The notes: a model not told the origin generated them from the sequence alone. A DNA stretch of 64,000 nt from Patescibacteria group bacterium (GCA_041667185.1 JBAYFM010000008.1:1714-65713), one strand, 5' to 3'; shown: positions 29,285-39,408, counted from the stretch's first letter. A program made the numbers and translations.

Positions 29285-29329
29285 TTTCAGCACTCCAGCA
29301 CTTCCTCACTCTCCCAAACTTCCACCCTT

Positions 29330-29956
29330 ATGAGCAAAGCCGTGATCCCGACGTTCGAGGAAGAACAAGCGCTCGCAGCGCAGGGTTTTTCGTGCGTCGC
29401 GGGGACTGATGAAGTCGGCTGCGGGTGCTGGGCCGGACCGGTCATGGCGGCGGCGGTGATCTTGCCTGTCGGCGTCGAGTTGATGCTGGTGCGCGATTCC
29501 AAAGCCCTGTCGCCGGCGCAGCGGGAGCGTTCGGCCGAGGAAATCAAGGCCAAAGCCGCGGCCTGGGCGGTCGGTTCGGCTTCGGTCGAGGAAGTCGATC
29601 AGTTGAATATCCGCCGCGCGGCCGCACTCGCCATGACGCGGGCGATCGCGTCCTTGCCGATCCGGCCTGACTACGTCCTGAGCGACGCTTTCCGCATCCC
29701 GGGCCTCGACATTCCGCTCAAGAACATCATCCGCGGCGACGCCAAGGTGGTATCGATCGCGGCCGCTTCGATCATCGCCAAGGTCGCGCGCGACCGGCTC
29801 ATGGACGAGCTGGCCGCGGAACACCCCGGTTACGGTTTCGAGCGGCACAAAGGTTACGGCACCAAAGAGCATCAACAGGCACTGGAGCGCCAGGGTATCT
29901 GCCCAATCCATCGGCGGACCTACGCGCCGATCAAGAAATTTTTGGCCAAAACCTGA
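29330..29956 (+). CDS. rnhB: Ribonuclease HII
   Basis: GTDEVGCGCWAGPV, DSKAL, IAAASIIAKVARD, HKGYGT. Confidence 0.94.
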   Translation: MSKAVIPTFEEEQALAAQGFSCVAGTDEVGCGCWAGPVMAAAVILPVGVELMLVRDSKALSPAQRERSAEEIKAKAAAWAVGSASVEEVDQLNIRRAAALAMTRAIASLPIRPDYVLSDAFRIPGLDIPLKNIIRGDAKVVSIAAASIIAKVARDRLMDELAAEHPGYGFERHKGYGTKEHQQALERQGICPIHRRTYAPIKKFLAKT

Positions 29957-29960
29957 TCTT

Positions 29961-30335
29961 ATGAAGAAACAAGACGATTTGACGACCGTCGCGGAACTTA
30001 AGAAATGGGTGCGGCGTTTCCGCGATGACCGCGACTGGCTCCAGTTCCACGATCCGAAGAATCTGGCCGAAGCGATCTCGATCGAAGCGGCGGAACTTCT
30101 GGAACTTTTTCTCTGGAAAGAGAAAGCCGAGATCGGACAGTTGATGGACAAGGACGCCGCTTACCGGCTGGCCGTGGAGGAGGAATTGTCGGATATCGTC
30201 ATGACTTGTCTGAGTTTCGCCAACGCCTCCGGGATCGACGTGGCCGGCGCGCTCGCGGCCAAACTGAAGAAGGCGGAGCAGAAATATCCGGTCGCCAAAG
30301 CGCGCGGCAAAGCGACGAAATACGACCGGCTTTGA
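29961..30335 (+). CDS. MazG-like nucleotide pyrophosphohydrolase
   Basis: RDWLQFHDPKNLA, EAAELLE, EELSD, KYP. Confidence 0.88.
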   Translation: MKKQDDLTTVAELKKWVRRFRDDRDWLQFHDPKNLAEAISIEAAELLELFLWKEKAEIGQLMDKDAAYRLAVEEELSDIVMTCLSFANASGIDVAGALAAKLKKAEQKYPVAKARGKATKYDRL

Positions 30336-30474
30336 GCGCTAGCGATCGATCCGACACGAACGGCAGAGCCGGGGTCAGACCCCCGGTTTTTTGTCGCAAC
30401 CAAGCCCTTGCCCGTACGTCGGCGATGTGTTAAGAAAATCGTGTTCTTTCACAAAACTTCCAAGGAGTGCCGTG

Positions 30475-31992
30475 ATGGCCAAACAGAATATCGGCTCGCT
30501 CTACCGTAAATTCGTGGCCCAGCTTCGGGAGATCGCCCTGCTCGCCTCCGCGAACAATATCGCGGAATACGACATGGAGGTCTTCATGCCTCCGGCCGGT
30601 GCAGATCACCGGTCCGACGTCATGGCGCTGATCGCCGGGATCGTCCATACGAAGCGGACCTCGGCGGCGTTGTGGCGACGGGGCGAAAAATTGCTCGCGG
30701 CCGTCGAGAACGGCCTGCTCAGCGAGACGGAAGCGATCATCGTCCGCCGCACCATGAAGGATCTTGAGCGCGAACGCAAACTTCCGAAGCGCCTGGTCGA
30801 GGAGCTGGTCAAGACCACCGGAGCCGCGCACCATGTCTGGATCGAGGCGCGCGAGAAGTCGGATTTCTCGCTGTTCCTGCCGTCGCTTCAGAGGATCGTC
30901 GAACTGAAGATCGAGGAAGCCGAAGCGGTCGGCTGCGGCGGATCGCCTTACGACGCCCTGCTCGGCCAGTACGAGCCGGGTATGACCGCCGAAATGGTCG
31001 AGGCCGTCCTCAGTCCGCTCTGCGACTTCCTCAAAGTGTTCGTGCGGCGGCTCGGAACCGGCAACGCCCCCAAGGAGCTGAAGATCCGTCTGACGGCCAA
31101 ACATCAGGCTCGGATCTCCAAGGATCTGGCGAAGCTCATCGGCTTCGATTTTCGCGCCGGCCGCTTGGACGCGAGCGCTCACCCGTTCACTTCCAAAATG
31201 CATCCGGGCGATGTCCGCATCACCACGCGCTACGATGAAAGCGACCTGCTTTCGTCGATTTACAGCACGATCCACGAGACCGGCCATGCGCTTTATGATC
31301 ACGCTTTGCCGTCCGATCAGTTCGGCAATTGCGCCGGCGAAGCGGCCTCGTACGGCATCCACGAGTCGCAATCGCGGCTGTGGGAGAATCTGATCGGTCG
31401 CAGCCGCGAGTTCTCGAGATTGCTGGCGGCGTTCATGACCGGGTCCGGCGAGGATTACGAGCTCTGTCTTCCGGATGAGGACAGTTTCTATCGCGCGCTC
31501 AACGTCGTGAAGCCGTCGCTCATCCGCACCGAGTCCGACGAGGTCACTTACAACCTCCATGTCGCCCTGCGGTTCGAGATCGAACGCGGTCTCATCGAAG
31601 GCCGGATCGCGGCCAAGGATCTGCCGGAGATCTGGAACGCCAAGATTCGCGAGTATCTCGGCGTCGAAGTGCCGAGCGACAGCGTCGGCGTCCTGCAGGA
31701 CGTTCATTGGTCGGCGGGACTCTTCGGTTATTTCCCGAGTTACGCGCTCGGCAATCTCTACTCCGCTCAGCTGCTCGAGGCTGCGGTGCGCGAGTTGCCG
31801 GATCTGTGGTTGCGCGCCAACGGCGAACAATTCACCTGGTTGCGCCTCTGGTTGTACGACAAAGTTTGGCGTCATGGCGGACTGCTGATGCCGGTCGAGA
31901 TCGTGACCCAAGCCACGGGCGCTCCGCCATCGGCTGACGCTTTCCAGCGCTATCTGGAGCGCAAATTCATTGAGATCTATCAGCTGAAGTAA
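30475..31992 (+). CDS. M32 carboxypeptidase (Taq-like)
   Basis: HPF, DVRITT, HETGH, HESQS, QDVHWS, GYFPSY. Confidence 0.93.
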   Translation: MAKQNIGSLYRKFVAQLREIALLASANNIAEYDMEVFMPPAGADHRSDVMALIAGIVHTKRTSAALWRRGEKLLAAVENGLLSETEAIIVRRTMKDLERERKLPKRLVEELVKTTGAAHHVWIEAREKSDFSLFLPSLQRIVELKIEEAEAVGCGGSPYDALLGQYEPGMTAEMVEAVLSPLCDFLKVFVRRLGTGNAPKELKIRLTAKHQARISKDLAKLIGFDFRAGRLDASAHPFTSKMHPGDVRITTRYDESDLLSSIYSTIHETGHALYDHALPSDQFGNCAGEAASYGIHESQSRLWENLIGRSREFSRLLAAFMTGSGEDYELCLPDEDSFYRALNVVKPSLIRTESDEVTYNLHVALRFEIERGLIEGRIAAKDLPEIWNAKIREYLGVEVPSDSVGVLQDVHWSAGLFGYFPSYALGNLYSAQLLEAAVRELPDLWLRANGEQFTWLRLWLYDKVWRHGGLLMPVEIVTQATGAPPSADAFQRYLERKFIEIYQLK

Positions 31993-31998
31993 AACTTG

Positions 31999-32024
31999 AC
32001 CCCCTCTTTCGGGAGGGGGTTTTT
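31999..32024 (+). terminator. Intrinsic terminator
   Basis: GC-rich hairpin (ccccctc/gaggggg) followed by a T-run. Confidence 0.7.
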
Positions 32025-32132
32025 CTTTGCGCCGCCGCGGCATTTCAGAAATCGCGGACCACAAAGTTATTCGTTTCAATGAACGGCGGGGTCCCGCCCG
32101 GAGGCGGGAGAACCGGAGTATATTCCGCGGCC

Positions 32133-32224
32133 TATGATGCAGTCTGACCGCGAAGCGGGCGGACAGTTACAAATTCGCGGCTAAGGCCGCCACTTCTCGG
32201 CGCAACCCGCATGACCGCGGGTTA
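32133..32224 (-). mobile_element. Free-standing copy of the tRNA-D-loop element, TA-flanked
   Basis: Minus strand: TA-ACCCGCGGTCATGCGGGTTGCGCCGAGAAGTGGCGGCCTTAGCCGCG...GTCCGCCCGCTTCGCGGTCAGACTGCATCA-TA; matches the tRNA-Ala inserts. Confidence 0.75.
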
Positions 32225-32260
32225 CAAAAAAGCCGCCCGTGTTCGGGCGGCAAGCGATCG

Positions 32261-32701
32261 TCAGTTGGGACTGCGGATGCTGGCGGCGATGATGTTCGCT
32301 TCATCATCCAGCGGGTCCTGGTCCGAAGGCCAGATCGCATTGATCAGGAGGATCATGGATGGAGCGTTCGGATCTAAATGAATGAACGTCTTGCCGGAAT
32401 TGAGTCCGTCGCCAGAGGTCCAAACGAACTCGAACTCATCTTTGCCGGTCGTGTCGATCAGACCAAGCAATAGACCTTTTTTAGCCCTCATGCTGGCCGC
32501 GATTCTTTCAGCCAGATAGTGCAGTTGGGCGTTGCCGATCCAGGGAGCGGTCATGACCGAAATCATGGCCATAGCGGTAGGTTTCACGAGCATGAGCGAC
32601 CCCTCGGGCGGCCGCTGATAGTCGTCGCCGAAGTCGTCGTCGTCCAGATCGTTGATTTCGAACCAGCCGGGCAGCCGCAGCCAGTGCCAATTCTTGTTCA
32701 T
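32261..32701 (-). CDS. Hypothetical protein
   Basis: 146-aa ORF with GGAGGTG SD upstream. Confidence 0.6.
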   Translation of the reverse strand: MNKNWHWLRLPGWFEINDLDDDDFGDDYQRPPEGSLMLVKPTAMAMISVMTAPWIGNAQLHYLAERIAASMRAKKGLLLGLIDTTGKDEFEFVWTSGDGLNSGKTFIHLDPNAPSMILLINAIWPSDQDPLDDEANIIAASIRSPN

Positions 32702-32776
32702 TTGTCACCTCCGATTTTCCTTAAAGAGCGCCTTGGATCTTCATCCCAGGTGCGGGCACGTTAACATCTTTAACGA

Positions 32777-33913
32777 TCATTTGCCAAGCGCGGCTGTCCG
32801 GAGCAGTTGTTCCAGCGCGGCGGCGCTTTTTTCCCAGGAATAGTTTTTTGCGCGGGCGAGGCCGGCGGCTGACAGGGAACGGCGCAGCGCTTCTTCGCGG
32901 CGGATGCAATCCATGGCTTCGGCCAGTTCGCTGGCGTTGTAGGGATCGACGAGCAGTCCGGCTGCGCCCACGACTTCGCCGAGCGACGAAGCGAAACTCG
33001 CGATGACCGGCGTGCCGCAGGTCATGGCTTCCAGGGGCGGCATGCCGAAACCTTCGTAGAACGACGGATAGACGAGCGCCAGCGCGGCGGCGTAAAGCGC
33101 CGGCCGGTCGCGGTCCGGAACGTAGCCGAGGAAGCGGATCCGGTCTTTGGCCGGCGAGGCGGCCGCGCGCCGCAGGATGCCGTCGTAGAGCCAGCCTTTG
33201 CCGCCGGCGATGACGAGCTCAGTGTCGCCGCCGAGTTTTTCGAACGCGGCGATGGCGCCGGTGATATTTTTGCGCGGTTCGAGCGTGCTGAAGACTAGAA
33301 AGAATTCCCGGTCCAGACCGTAGGTCCGTCTGACCGACTTCACGGCTTCTGCGCCGGCCGGGCGGAATTCCTCGCCGGCCGCGGGACTCACGACGGCGAT
33401 GCGGTCAGCTGACAGCCCTAGCCAGTCGATGATGTCGGTCTTGGTGTGTTCGGAGACGGCCGCGATGGCCGCGGAGCGGCGGAGCAGTTCGGCCGGTCGG
33501 ACCAGGTCGTGCCACAGCCGTTGTTTGGCGGAGAAGAATTCCGGATAGCGCACGAACGAGAGATCATGGACCGTGGCCACGAGCGGCAGACGCGTCGCGA
33601 CGAAATTCAGATTCGGCAGATAAACGATGTCGGCTGGTCCGGCCAGTTCTTCGATGAGCGGTCGGCCGGCGGCGGCGACGCTCAGGTTCAGCAGGCGGTT
33701 CGGCCAGGCGTGGAACGAGTGGCGGATGGTCGGTCCGGCAGCCGGGACGTCGGCGGGATAGCGCCGCCCGGACGCGTTGCAGAAGAGGGTGTAGGCCGCG
33801 GTCGCGGGGTCGGCGGCGCGATCGAGCAACGCCGAAACCAGCCTGGCCGCGTAGTTGGCCACGCCGCTGCGCTGACCCTCGAGCATGGGGCGGGTATCGA
33901 TGATCGTTCGCAT
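32777..33913 (-). CDS. Glycosyltransferase family 4
   Basis: TVHDL, TLEPRKN, YPSFYEGFGMPPLEAM. Confidence 0.92.
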   Translation of the reverse strand: MRTIIDTRPMLEGQRSGVANYAARLVSALLDRAADPATAAYTLFCNASGRRYPADVPAAGPTIRHSFHAWPNRLLNLSVAAAGRPLIEELAGPADIVYLPNLNFVATRLPLVATVHDLSFVRYPEFFSAKQRLWHDLVRPAELLRRSAAIAAVSEHTKTDIIDWLGLSADRIAVVSPAAGEEFRPAGAEAVKSVRRTYGLDREFFLVFSTLEPRKNITGAIAAFEKLGGDTELVIAGGKGWLYDGILRRAAASPAKDRIRFLGYVPDRDRPALYAAALALVYPSFYEGFGMPPLEAMTCGTPVIASFASSLGEVVGAAGLLVDPYNASELAEAMDCIRREEALRRSLSAAGLARAKNYSWEKSAAALEQLLRTAALGK

Positions 33914-33988
33914 GGGGTCAGTTTAACACGGACGGCCGCTATCTAGAATAAAAAAAACGGCCCGAAGGGGCCGTTTCTCTGCCATTGG

Positions 33989-35098
33989 TTAACGGCCATC
34001 AGCTGAATGCCACTTGTCGATCTCGGCCTGGATGTAGGCGGAGAGTTTCGATTTGAACAGCTCGGTGTCGAATTTTTGCGCGTGCGCCCGCACCTGGAGC
34101 GGGTCGAATTTCTCCGGCGCGAAGCGGATGATCTCGTTGGCCAGTTCTTCCCAGTTCTGTTCTTCGATGAAGCTGCCGCTCACGCCTTCGACGACCGTCT
34201 CTTCCGCGCCGCCTTTGCGGTAGGCGATCACCGGGCGTCCCGAGGCCATGGCTTCGACCGCGGTGATGCCGAAATCCTCCTCCTGCGGGTGGAGATAGGC
34301 GATGGCCTTGCGGTAGAGGTCGGCTTTCTCTTCTTCGGAAACCTTGCCGACGAATTCGATATTCTTATGCGCCAGGGAGCGCAGCTTGCCGAGTTCCGGT
34401 CCGGAACCGAAGATCTTGAGTCTGATACCGAGCTTGTTGAACGCCTGGACGACGATGTCGAAACGCTTGTAGGCGACGAGGCGGCCGCCGGCGACGTAAT
34501 AATCCTCGGTCCGCGGCGCGATGGAGAATCGCGAAGTCTCGACCGGCGGATGGATGACCACGCTGTCGCGCTGGTAGTACTTGCGGATGCGGCGGCGCAC
34601 GGTCTCGGAGTTGGCGATGAACCGGTCGACGCGTTCGGCGGCGTGGCGGTCCCAGATGCGCAGCTGCGACAGCAGGTAAGGGACGAAGGCTTTGATGGGT
34701 CCCGGCAGGCCGAGTTCTTTGACGTAGGAATGGGTGTCCGACCAGAGATAGCGCGTCGGCGTGTGGCAGTAGCAGAAATGCAGCGCGTCCGGCCGCGTGA
34801 TCACGCCCTTGGCGAAAGCCGAGGTACTTGAGAGCACGACGTCGTAGCCATTCAGGTCGTAATGTTCGGTCGCGGCCGGCATGAGCGGCATGGACCATTT
34901 GTAGTGGCGGAGCGCGAATGGCAGCTTCTGCAGGAAGGAGGTGCGGATGTCCTTGTTGTCGAAAGCGCTGCCGACGCGTTTGGGATCATGGAACAGGGCG
35001 TAGGTCGGAGCCTCCGGCCACATCTGCTGGAAAATCTGAAGCACGCGCTCAGCGCCTCCATCTTGGATCAGGTAGTCGTGAACCAGGGCGAACTTCAT
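33989..35098 (-). CDS. Glycosyltransferase family 4
   Basis: VHDYL..GGAE, YCHTPTRY, EDFGITAVEAMASG. Confidence 0.92.
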   Translation of the reverse strand: MKFALVHDYLIQDGGAERVLQIFQQMWPEAPTYALFHDPKRVGSAFDNKDIRTSFLQKLPFALRHYKWSMPLMPAATEHYDLNGYDVVLSSTSAFAKGVITRPDALHFCYCHTPTRYLWSDTHSYVKELGLPGPIKAFVPYLLSQLRIWDRHAAERVDRFIANSETVRRRIRKYYQRDSVVIHPPVETSRFSIAPRTEDYYVAGGRLVAYKRFDIVVQAFNKLGIRLKIFGSGPELGKLRSLAHKNIEFVGKVSEEEKADLYRKAIAYLHPQEEDFGITAVEAMASGRPVIAYRKGGAEETVVEGVSGSFIEEQNWEELANEIIRFAPEKFDPLQVRAHAQKFDTELFKSKLSAYIQAEIDKWHSADGR

Positions 35099-35105
35099 GG
35101 TTGTT

Positions 35106-36521
35106 TTAATAAGCTCCTTTTCGGCTCAGTACCGCGAGCGGCGTCTTGATCAGGATCGCCAGATCGAGCCAGGGCGACCAGTTCTCGATGTAGTAGGTGT
35201 CGAGCCGGACCTCCTCGTCGAAATTCAGGTCCGCGCGGCCCGAGATCTGCGCGAGGCCGGTGATGCCGGGCTTCACGGTGAAGACGCGGCGATGATGATC
35301 CTTGTATTTCGCGACCTCTTCGGGCAGGTGCGGGCGCGGGCCGACGAGGCTCATCTTGCCGGTGAAGACGAGGAAGAGTTCCGGCAGTTCGTCGATGGAA
35401 TATTTCCTGATGAACGTGCCGACGCGGGTGACGCGCGGATCGTCTTTGATCTTCACGAGCGGCCCTTCCTTGCGCGTGTCGCGATCGGCCAGTTCGGTGT
35501 AGCGCAGGTTATGGGTGTTGGGCCGCATGGAGCGGAATTTGAAATAGCGGAACGGCCGGCCGTGTTCGCCGACGCGCGTCACGGGCGATCCGTCGTCGAG
35601 CCGGCTGAAGAAGACCGGGCCGCGCGAATCGATCGCTACGGCGAGTGCGGCGAGCAGCATGATCGGCGAGGTCAGGATGATGAGGAGGAGCGAACCGATG
35701 ACGTCGAAGATCCGTTTCAGGACGCGGCCCCAGCCGTCGAGGCGCGTGCCTTTGATCTCGACGATCGGCAGGCCGGCCACGGTCGAGAGTTCCATATTGT
35801 GGCTGTGGGTCGCGAGCAGGTCGGCCGAATACTTGAAGGCCAGTTGGCGCGATTCGCAGAAGCCGAGGATGCGGGACAGGTCCTCGCGGCTGAGATCGGG
35901 GTTCGTGACGATGACCTCGTCGAGCGCTCCGGTCGCGGCCAGGCCGGCGAGTTCTTTTTCGGCCTCGTCATCGAAGCCGGCGATGGTCTTGATCATCTGG
36001 AAACCGAAGGCGGGATTTTTGGCGAAAGCCGCGGTCAGGGTCTTGGTGACGCGCTCGTCGCCGCCGATGACGATCACGCGGCGCACGCCGACGCCGAAGC
36101 GGACGAGCAGGCGTTGGAGCAGCCGGATCAGGACGCGGCCCAGGCTCAGGTAGATGAAAGCGACGATCCAGGCCGCGAGGATGATGAAGCGGGAGGAGAA
36201 GAGTTCGCGGCGGAAGAAGACGATCACGATGAAGGTCAGGATCGATGCCGAGCTGGCGAAAAAGATGCGCGAAATCTCCATTGTGAGGCGGCGCGGGCCG
36301 CGGACGGCGTAGAGTCCGGAGAGTGCCATGAACATCACGAACAGGAGGCCGGCGCCGGCGGCGAGGAGCAGGAAACGGTTCCAGGGCAGGTCGAAAGCGA
36401 CCGGACGAAGAGCGGCCAGCCAGCCGAAGCGGACGGAGTAGGCGGTGATGGCCGCGAGGAAGACCAATAGGAAATCCAGGGGGACGAGGACGACCGTGAA
36501 AGCGAGTTCGCTCTTTTTCAT
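35106..36521 (-). CDS. Polyprenyl glycosylphosphotransferase (WcaJ/CpsE-like sugar transferase)
   Basis: [40 protein letters not shown]. Confidence 0.93.
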   Translation of the reverse strand: MKKSELAFTVVLVPLDFLLVFLAAITAYSVRFGWLAALRPVAFDLPWNRFLLLAAGAGLLFVMFMALSGLYAVRGPRRLTMEISRIFFASSASILTFIVIVFFRRELFSSRFIILAAWIVAFIYLSLGRVLIRLLQRLLVRFGVGVRRVIVIGGDERVTKTLTAAFAKNPAFGFQMIKTIAGFDDEAEKELAGLAATGALDEVIVTNPDLSREDLSRILGFCESRQLAFKYSADLLATHSHNMELSTVAGLPIVEIKGTRLDGWGRVLKRIFDVIGSLLLIILTSPIMLLAALAVAIDSRGPVFFSRLDDGSPVTRVGEHGRPFRYFKFRSMRPNTHNLRYTELADRDTRKEGPLVKIKDDPRVTRVGTFIRKYSIDELPELFLVFTGKMSLVGPRPHLPEEVAKYKDHHRRVFTVKPGITGLAQISGRADLNFDEEVRLDTYYIENWSPWLDLAILIKTPLAVLSRKGAY

Positions 36522-36678
36522 AGGCGTGGGAGTGTTTACCTATATTAGAGCGAATGGCGATTTGAGGCAATATGGCGGAAATAAGCCCGAAACGGCTGCC
36601 CAAAAAGACGCAAACGCCGCGTCCTCGTCTGGGGACTTCGCGGTCCGGCAGCCCCGTATTTTTAGGCGTTAAAGATCA

Positions 36679-36795
36679 TTGACAAAATAGCGTTTTTGCG
36701 CTAGGTTTTCAGCACAAGTGTTCTTTTTATGGCAGGCCTCAAGTATGCCTAATGACAGGCGTACAGGGGGTAAGCCAAAAACAAGGAGTCAGGTC
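36679..36795 (+). promoter_or_regulatory. TTGACA promoter and structured leader shared with 37931-38047
   Basis: aaagatcattgacaaaat...gcacaagtgttcttt...aaacaaggagtcaggtcATG occurs before both paralogs. Confidence 0.65.
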
Positions 36796-37809
36796 ATGGT
36801 CCAGAAGAAGAGTGAGTTCGTCAGTGCCGCCGGCACCACCTTTGAGATCATCCAGAAGCTCTCCGGAGCCGTCCGCGACCTCGGCGGGTCGGATGATCAC
36901 CTCCGTCGGATCCTCTCCGACGAGGAGCTTCGTCGCGAGATCGCCAAGCTGCTCGTTGCGGGTACTTGTCGCAAAACCCTTGGTGACATGCTCAAGGCCT
37001 GCGGCAATGACTGGGCGAACTCCGCCATTACCGAGGAACATTTCCCGGTGAAGCCCGAACTCTTCACTGTGGCCGGCACCAAGGTCTTTCACTTCAACCG
37101 AATCATGACCACGAAGGAGGTCGAGGCGGCCATCAGGGCCAAGGGGTACGAGCCAGCCTCGATCGAGACTCTCCTCGCCTACGGCGTGGAGAATCCCAGA
37201 GAGCAGCGGAAGCACCCCATCGTCGCCCTCGGCTCCTCCTGGGTGCATCCCGGCGGCAGCCGTGAGGTCCCTTGTCTGTGCGAGTACGACCGCAAGCGGC
37301 AACTTCGCCTGTGGTATGCCAACCCCAAGAACTATTGGTGCGAGGACTACTGTTTCCTCGCCTCCCGCAAGTCCAGCATGTTGTTCGTCGCGGACCCCCA
37401 GCTCAATGTCTTCGATCAGATGATCGAAGACTGCAAGTTTGTTGATGTCGACCACGACATCAACGAGCAGAACTTTCCACTCGCCGGCCCGGTCGTAGAC
37501 GTGTCAGACATGCTGCTGGTCAGCCAGAAAGATTTTGGCAGCCAGGGCAAAACCTTCGCTCAGATTAAGACCTTTATCGACAGCGAGGGTTATCGTTGCG
37601 CGACTCTAGCCGAGCTGATTGACTACGCTAAGGCGAAGTGGGACGACAAGGATGCAGTCATCGCTCTCGGCTCCTTCTGGGTGGATCAGCATGGTCATCG
37701 TGTCGTACCGCGGCTGTATAGGGGTGTTCATGGTCCCGGGCTAGATCTGCTGGATCGTCTTGATGACTTGTCGGGTATTTCATACTCGTTCCTCGTCGTC
37801 CGCAAGTAA
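36796..37809 (+). CDS. Putative DGR variable (target) protein, two tandem CLec-like modules
   Basis: Two ALGSxW...VP.L...FLxxRK modules; N-terminus shared with 38048. Confidence 0.6.
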   Translation: MVQKKSEFVSAAGTTFEIIQKLSGAVRDLGGSDDHLRRILSDEELRREIAKLLVAGTCRKTLGDMLKACGNDWANSAITEEHFPVKPELFTVAGTKVFHFNRIMTTKEVEAAIRAKGYEPASIETLLAYGVENPREQRKHPIVALGSSWVHPGGSREVPCLCEYDRKRQLRLWYANPKNYWCEDYCFLASRKSSMLFVADPQLNVFDQMIEDCKFVDVDHDINEQNFPLAGPVVDVSDMLLVSQKDFGSQGKTFAQIKTFIDSEGYRCATLAELIDYAKAKWDDKDAVIALGSFWVDQHGHRVVPRLYRGVHGPGLDLLDRLDDLSGISYSFLVVRK

Positions 37810-38047
37810 CTCTCGAATCCTTTCGGCCCATACCACGTCGTGGTGCGGGCCGATTTTTTTATACTGATGTTTGCGGCTAAGACGACAACCGGCGGCTACG
37901 GCTGCGGACAGTAGAGTCTGGAAAAGATCATTGACAAAATCGCCTATTTATGCGATTGTTTCGGCACAAGTGTTCTTTTCATGACAGTCCCTAGGTTCGT
38001 CTGATGTCAGACGTATAAGGGGTAAACCATAAACAAGGAGTCAGGTC

Positions 38048-38611
38048 ATGGTCCAGAAGAAGAGCGAGTCCGTCTTTGCCGTCGGCACCACCTTTGAGAT
38101 CATCGTGAAGCTCTCCGGAGCCGTCCGCGACCTCGGCGGGTCGGATGATCACCTCCGCCGGATCCTCTCCGATGAGAAGCTCCGTCGCGAGATCGCTGGG
38201 CTGCTGGTCGGTAAGTCCCTCGCCGAGATGATCGCCAAGTGCAAGTTCAGCTACGTTAACCCCGTCATCGACGAGCAGAACCTTCTGCTCGCCGGACCGG
38301 TCGCGGATATATCGGACATGCTGGTTGTCAGCCAGAAGGATCTTGGCGGTCAGGATATGACCACTGCCGCAGTCGAGGCTGCCATTGACTGTATGGGTTA
38401 CCGTCCTGCGTCCCTCGTCGAACAGCTCGTCTATGCCAAGGCGAAGTGGAACGGTAAGGACCACGTGAACGCTTGGGTGGAATCGCATAACCAACGCTAC
38501 ATCTCGAGTCTGTCCGGGGATGGCGCCGGCGACCGCGAGTTGACCTTGTTCCGAATCGTATCTGGGTTCTGCTGGTTCGGTGACATTCGTTTTCTCGTCG
38601 TTCGCAAGTAA
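38048..38611 (+). CDS. Putative DGR variable (target) protein, single module; paralog of 36796
   Basis: Near-identical N-terminal ~55 aa; ends RFLVVRK*; followed by a GC hairpin. Confidence 0.6.
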   Translation: MVQKKSESVFAVGTTFEIIVKLSGAVRDLGGSDDHLRRILSDEKLRREIAGLLVGKSLAEMIAKCKFSYVNPVIDEQNLLLAGPVADISDMLVVSQKDLGGQDMTTAAVEAAIDCMGYRPASLVEQLVYAKAKWNGKDHVNAWVESHNQRYISSLSGDGAGDRELTLFRIVSGFCWFGDIRFLVVRK

Positions 38612-38783
38612 TCCAGAGCCTCTCGGCCCGCGTCATGTCATGGCGCGGGCTTTTTTGTTGCGATGTTGTTATGGCCGCATCTTTAGTTGGTCGGACTAGG
38701 ATGCGATCGGTATTTCAGAACAGGATTCGTCGCCAGCATATTTTTAAAGCCGAGAAATTGATTAAGCTTACGGGCCTGGGAGG

Positions 38784-38812
38784 TTGACAAAAAGGCTAAT
38801 TTGAGCTATTAT
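38784..38812 (+). promoter_or_regulatory. rnpB promoter TTGACA-17-TATTAT
   Basis: Near-consensus boxes ending 6 nt upstream of the P1 helix. Confidence 0.75.
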
Positions 38813-38818
38813 CCAGCG

Positions 38819-39370
38819 GTCAGGTCGACCGGATGATCGCCCCGCAGTACTGCGGGGAGGAAAGTCTGAACACCTCCCGCATTCATGCGGGAAAAGGGAC
38901 AATCGCTAACGGCGACCGGGAGCAAGCGTCGGAATTTCTTTTCAATAGCCAATTGGCGAAAGAAGTTTCGCGTCCAAGCCCAGGGAGAGTGCAACAGAAA
39001 ATACACCGCCTGCGCCCCGTGATGACGAGCGAAAGCGAGTCATTTTACGGGGCTAGAAGCGTCACCGGCGCAAGCTAGTGCCGACAAGGCAAGGTTGAAA
39101 TCGTGAGGTAAGAGCTCACGCGGGACTGCGGGGCGTGAGCCGTGAAAGCGGCTTTTACGCCCCCACGGACAAGAACCTTCGGGTTCCAATATCTGGCCGC
39201 GCGAGCGGCGCCGTGGAAAACCCTGTCCGGTGCAAGAGCAAGTTTGGTAGCTCGCAGGCCGCAGTCGCAAGGTTGCGGCCAAGGCCGCTGGCAACAGCGG
39301 TCGCAGAGAGATGATCATCGCCTCGCGGTCAAACGCGGGGTACAAAATTCGGCTTACAGGCCGGCCTGAC
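38819..39370 (+). ncRNA. rnpB: RNase P RNA, expanded (~552 nt)
   Basis: GAGGAAAGTCTGAAC, AGTGCAACAGAAA, GGTAAGAGC, ACAAAATTCGGCTTAC; P1 GTCAGGTCG/CGGCCTGAC. Confidence 0.93.
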
Positions 39371-39374
39371 AAGA

Positions 39375-39408
39375 AAAACCCTCAAGCAGAGATGCTTGAG
39401 GGTTTTTT
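39375..39408. terminator. Bidirectional intrinsic terminator after rnpB
   Basis: aaaaccctcaagca gaga tgcttgagggtttttt. Confidence 0.8.
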
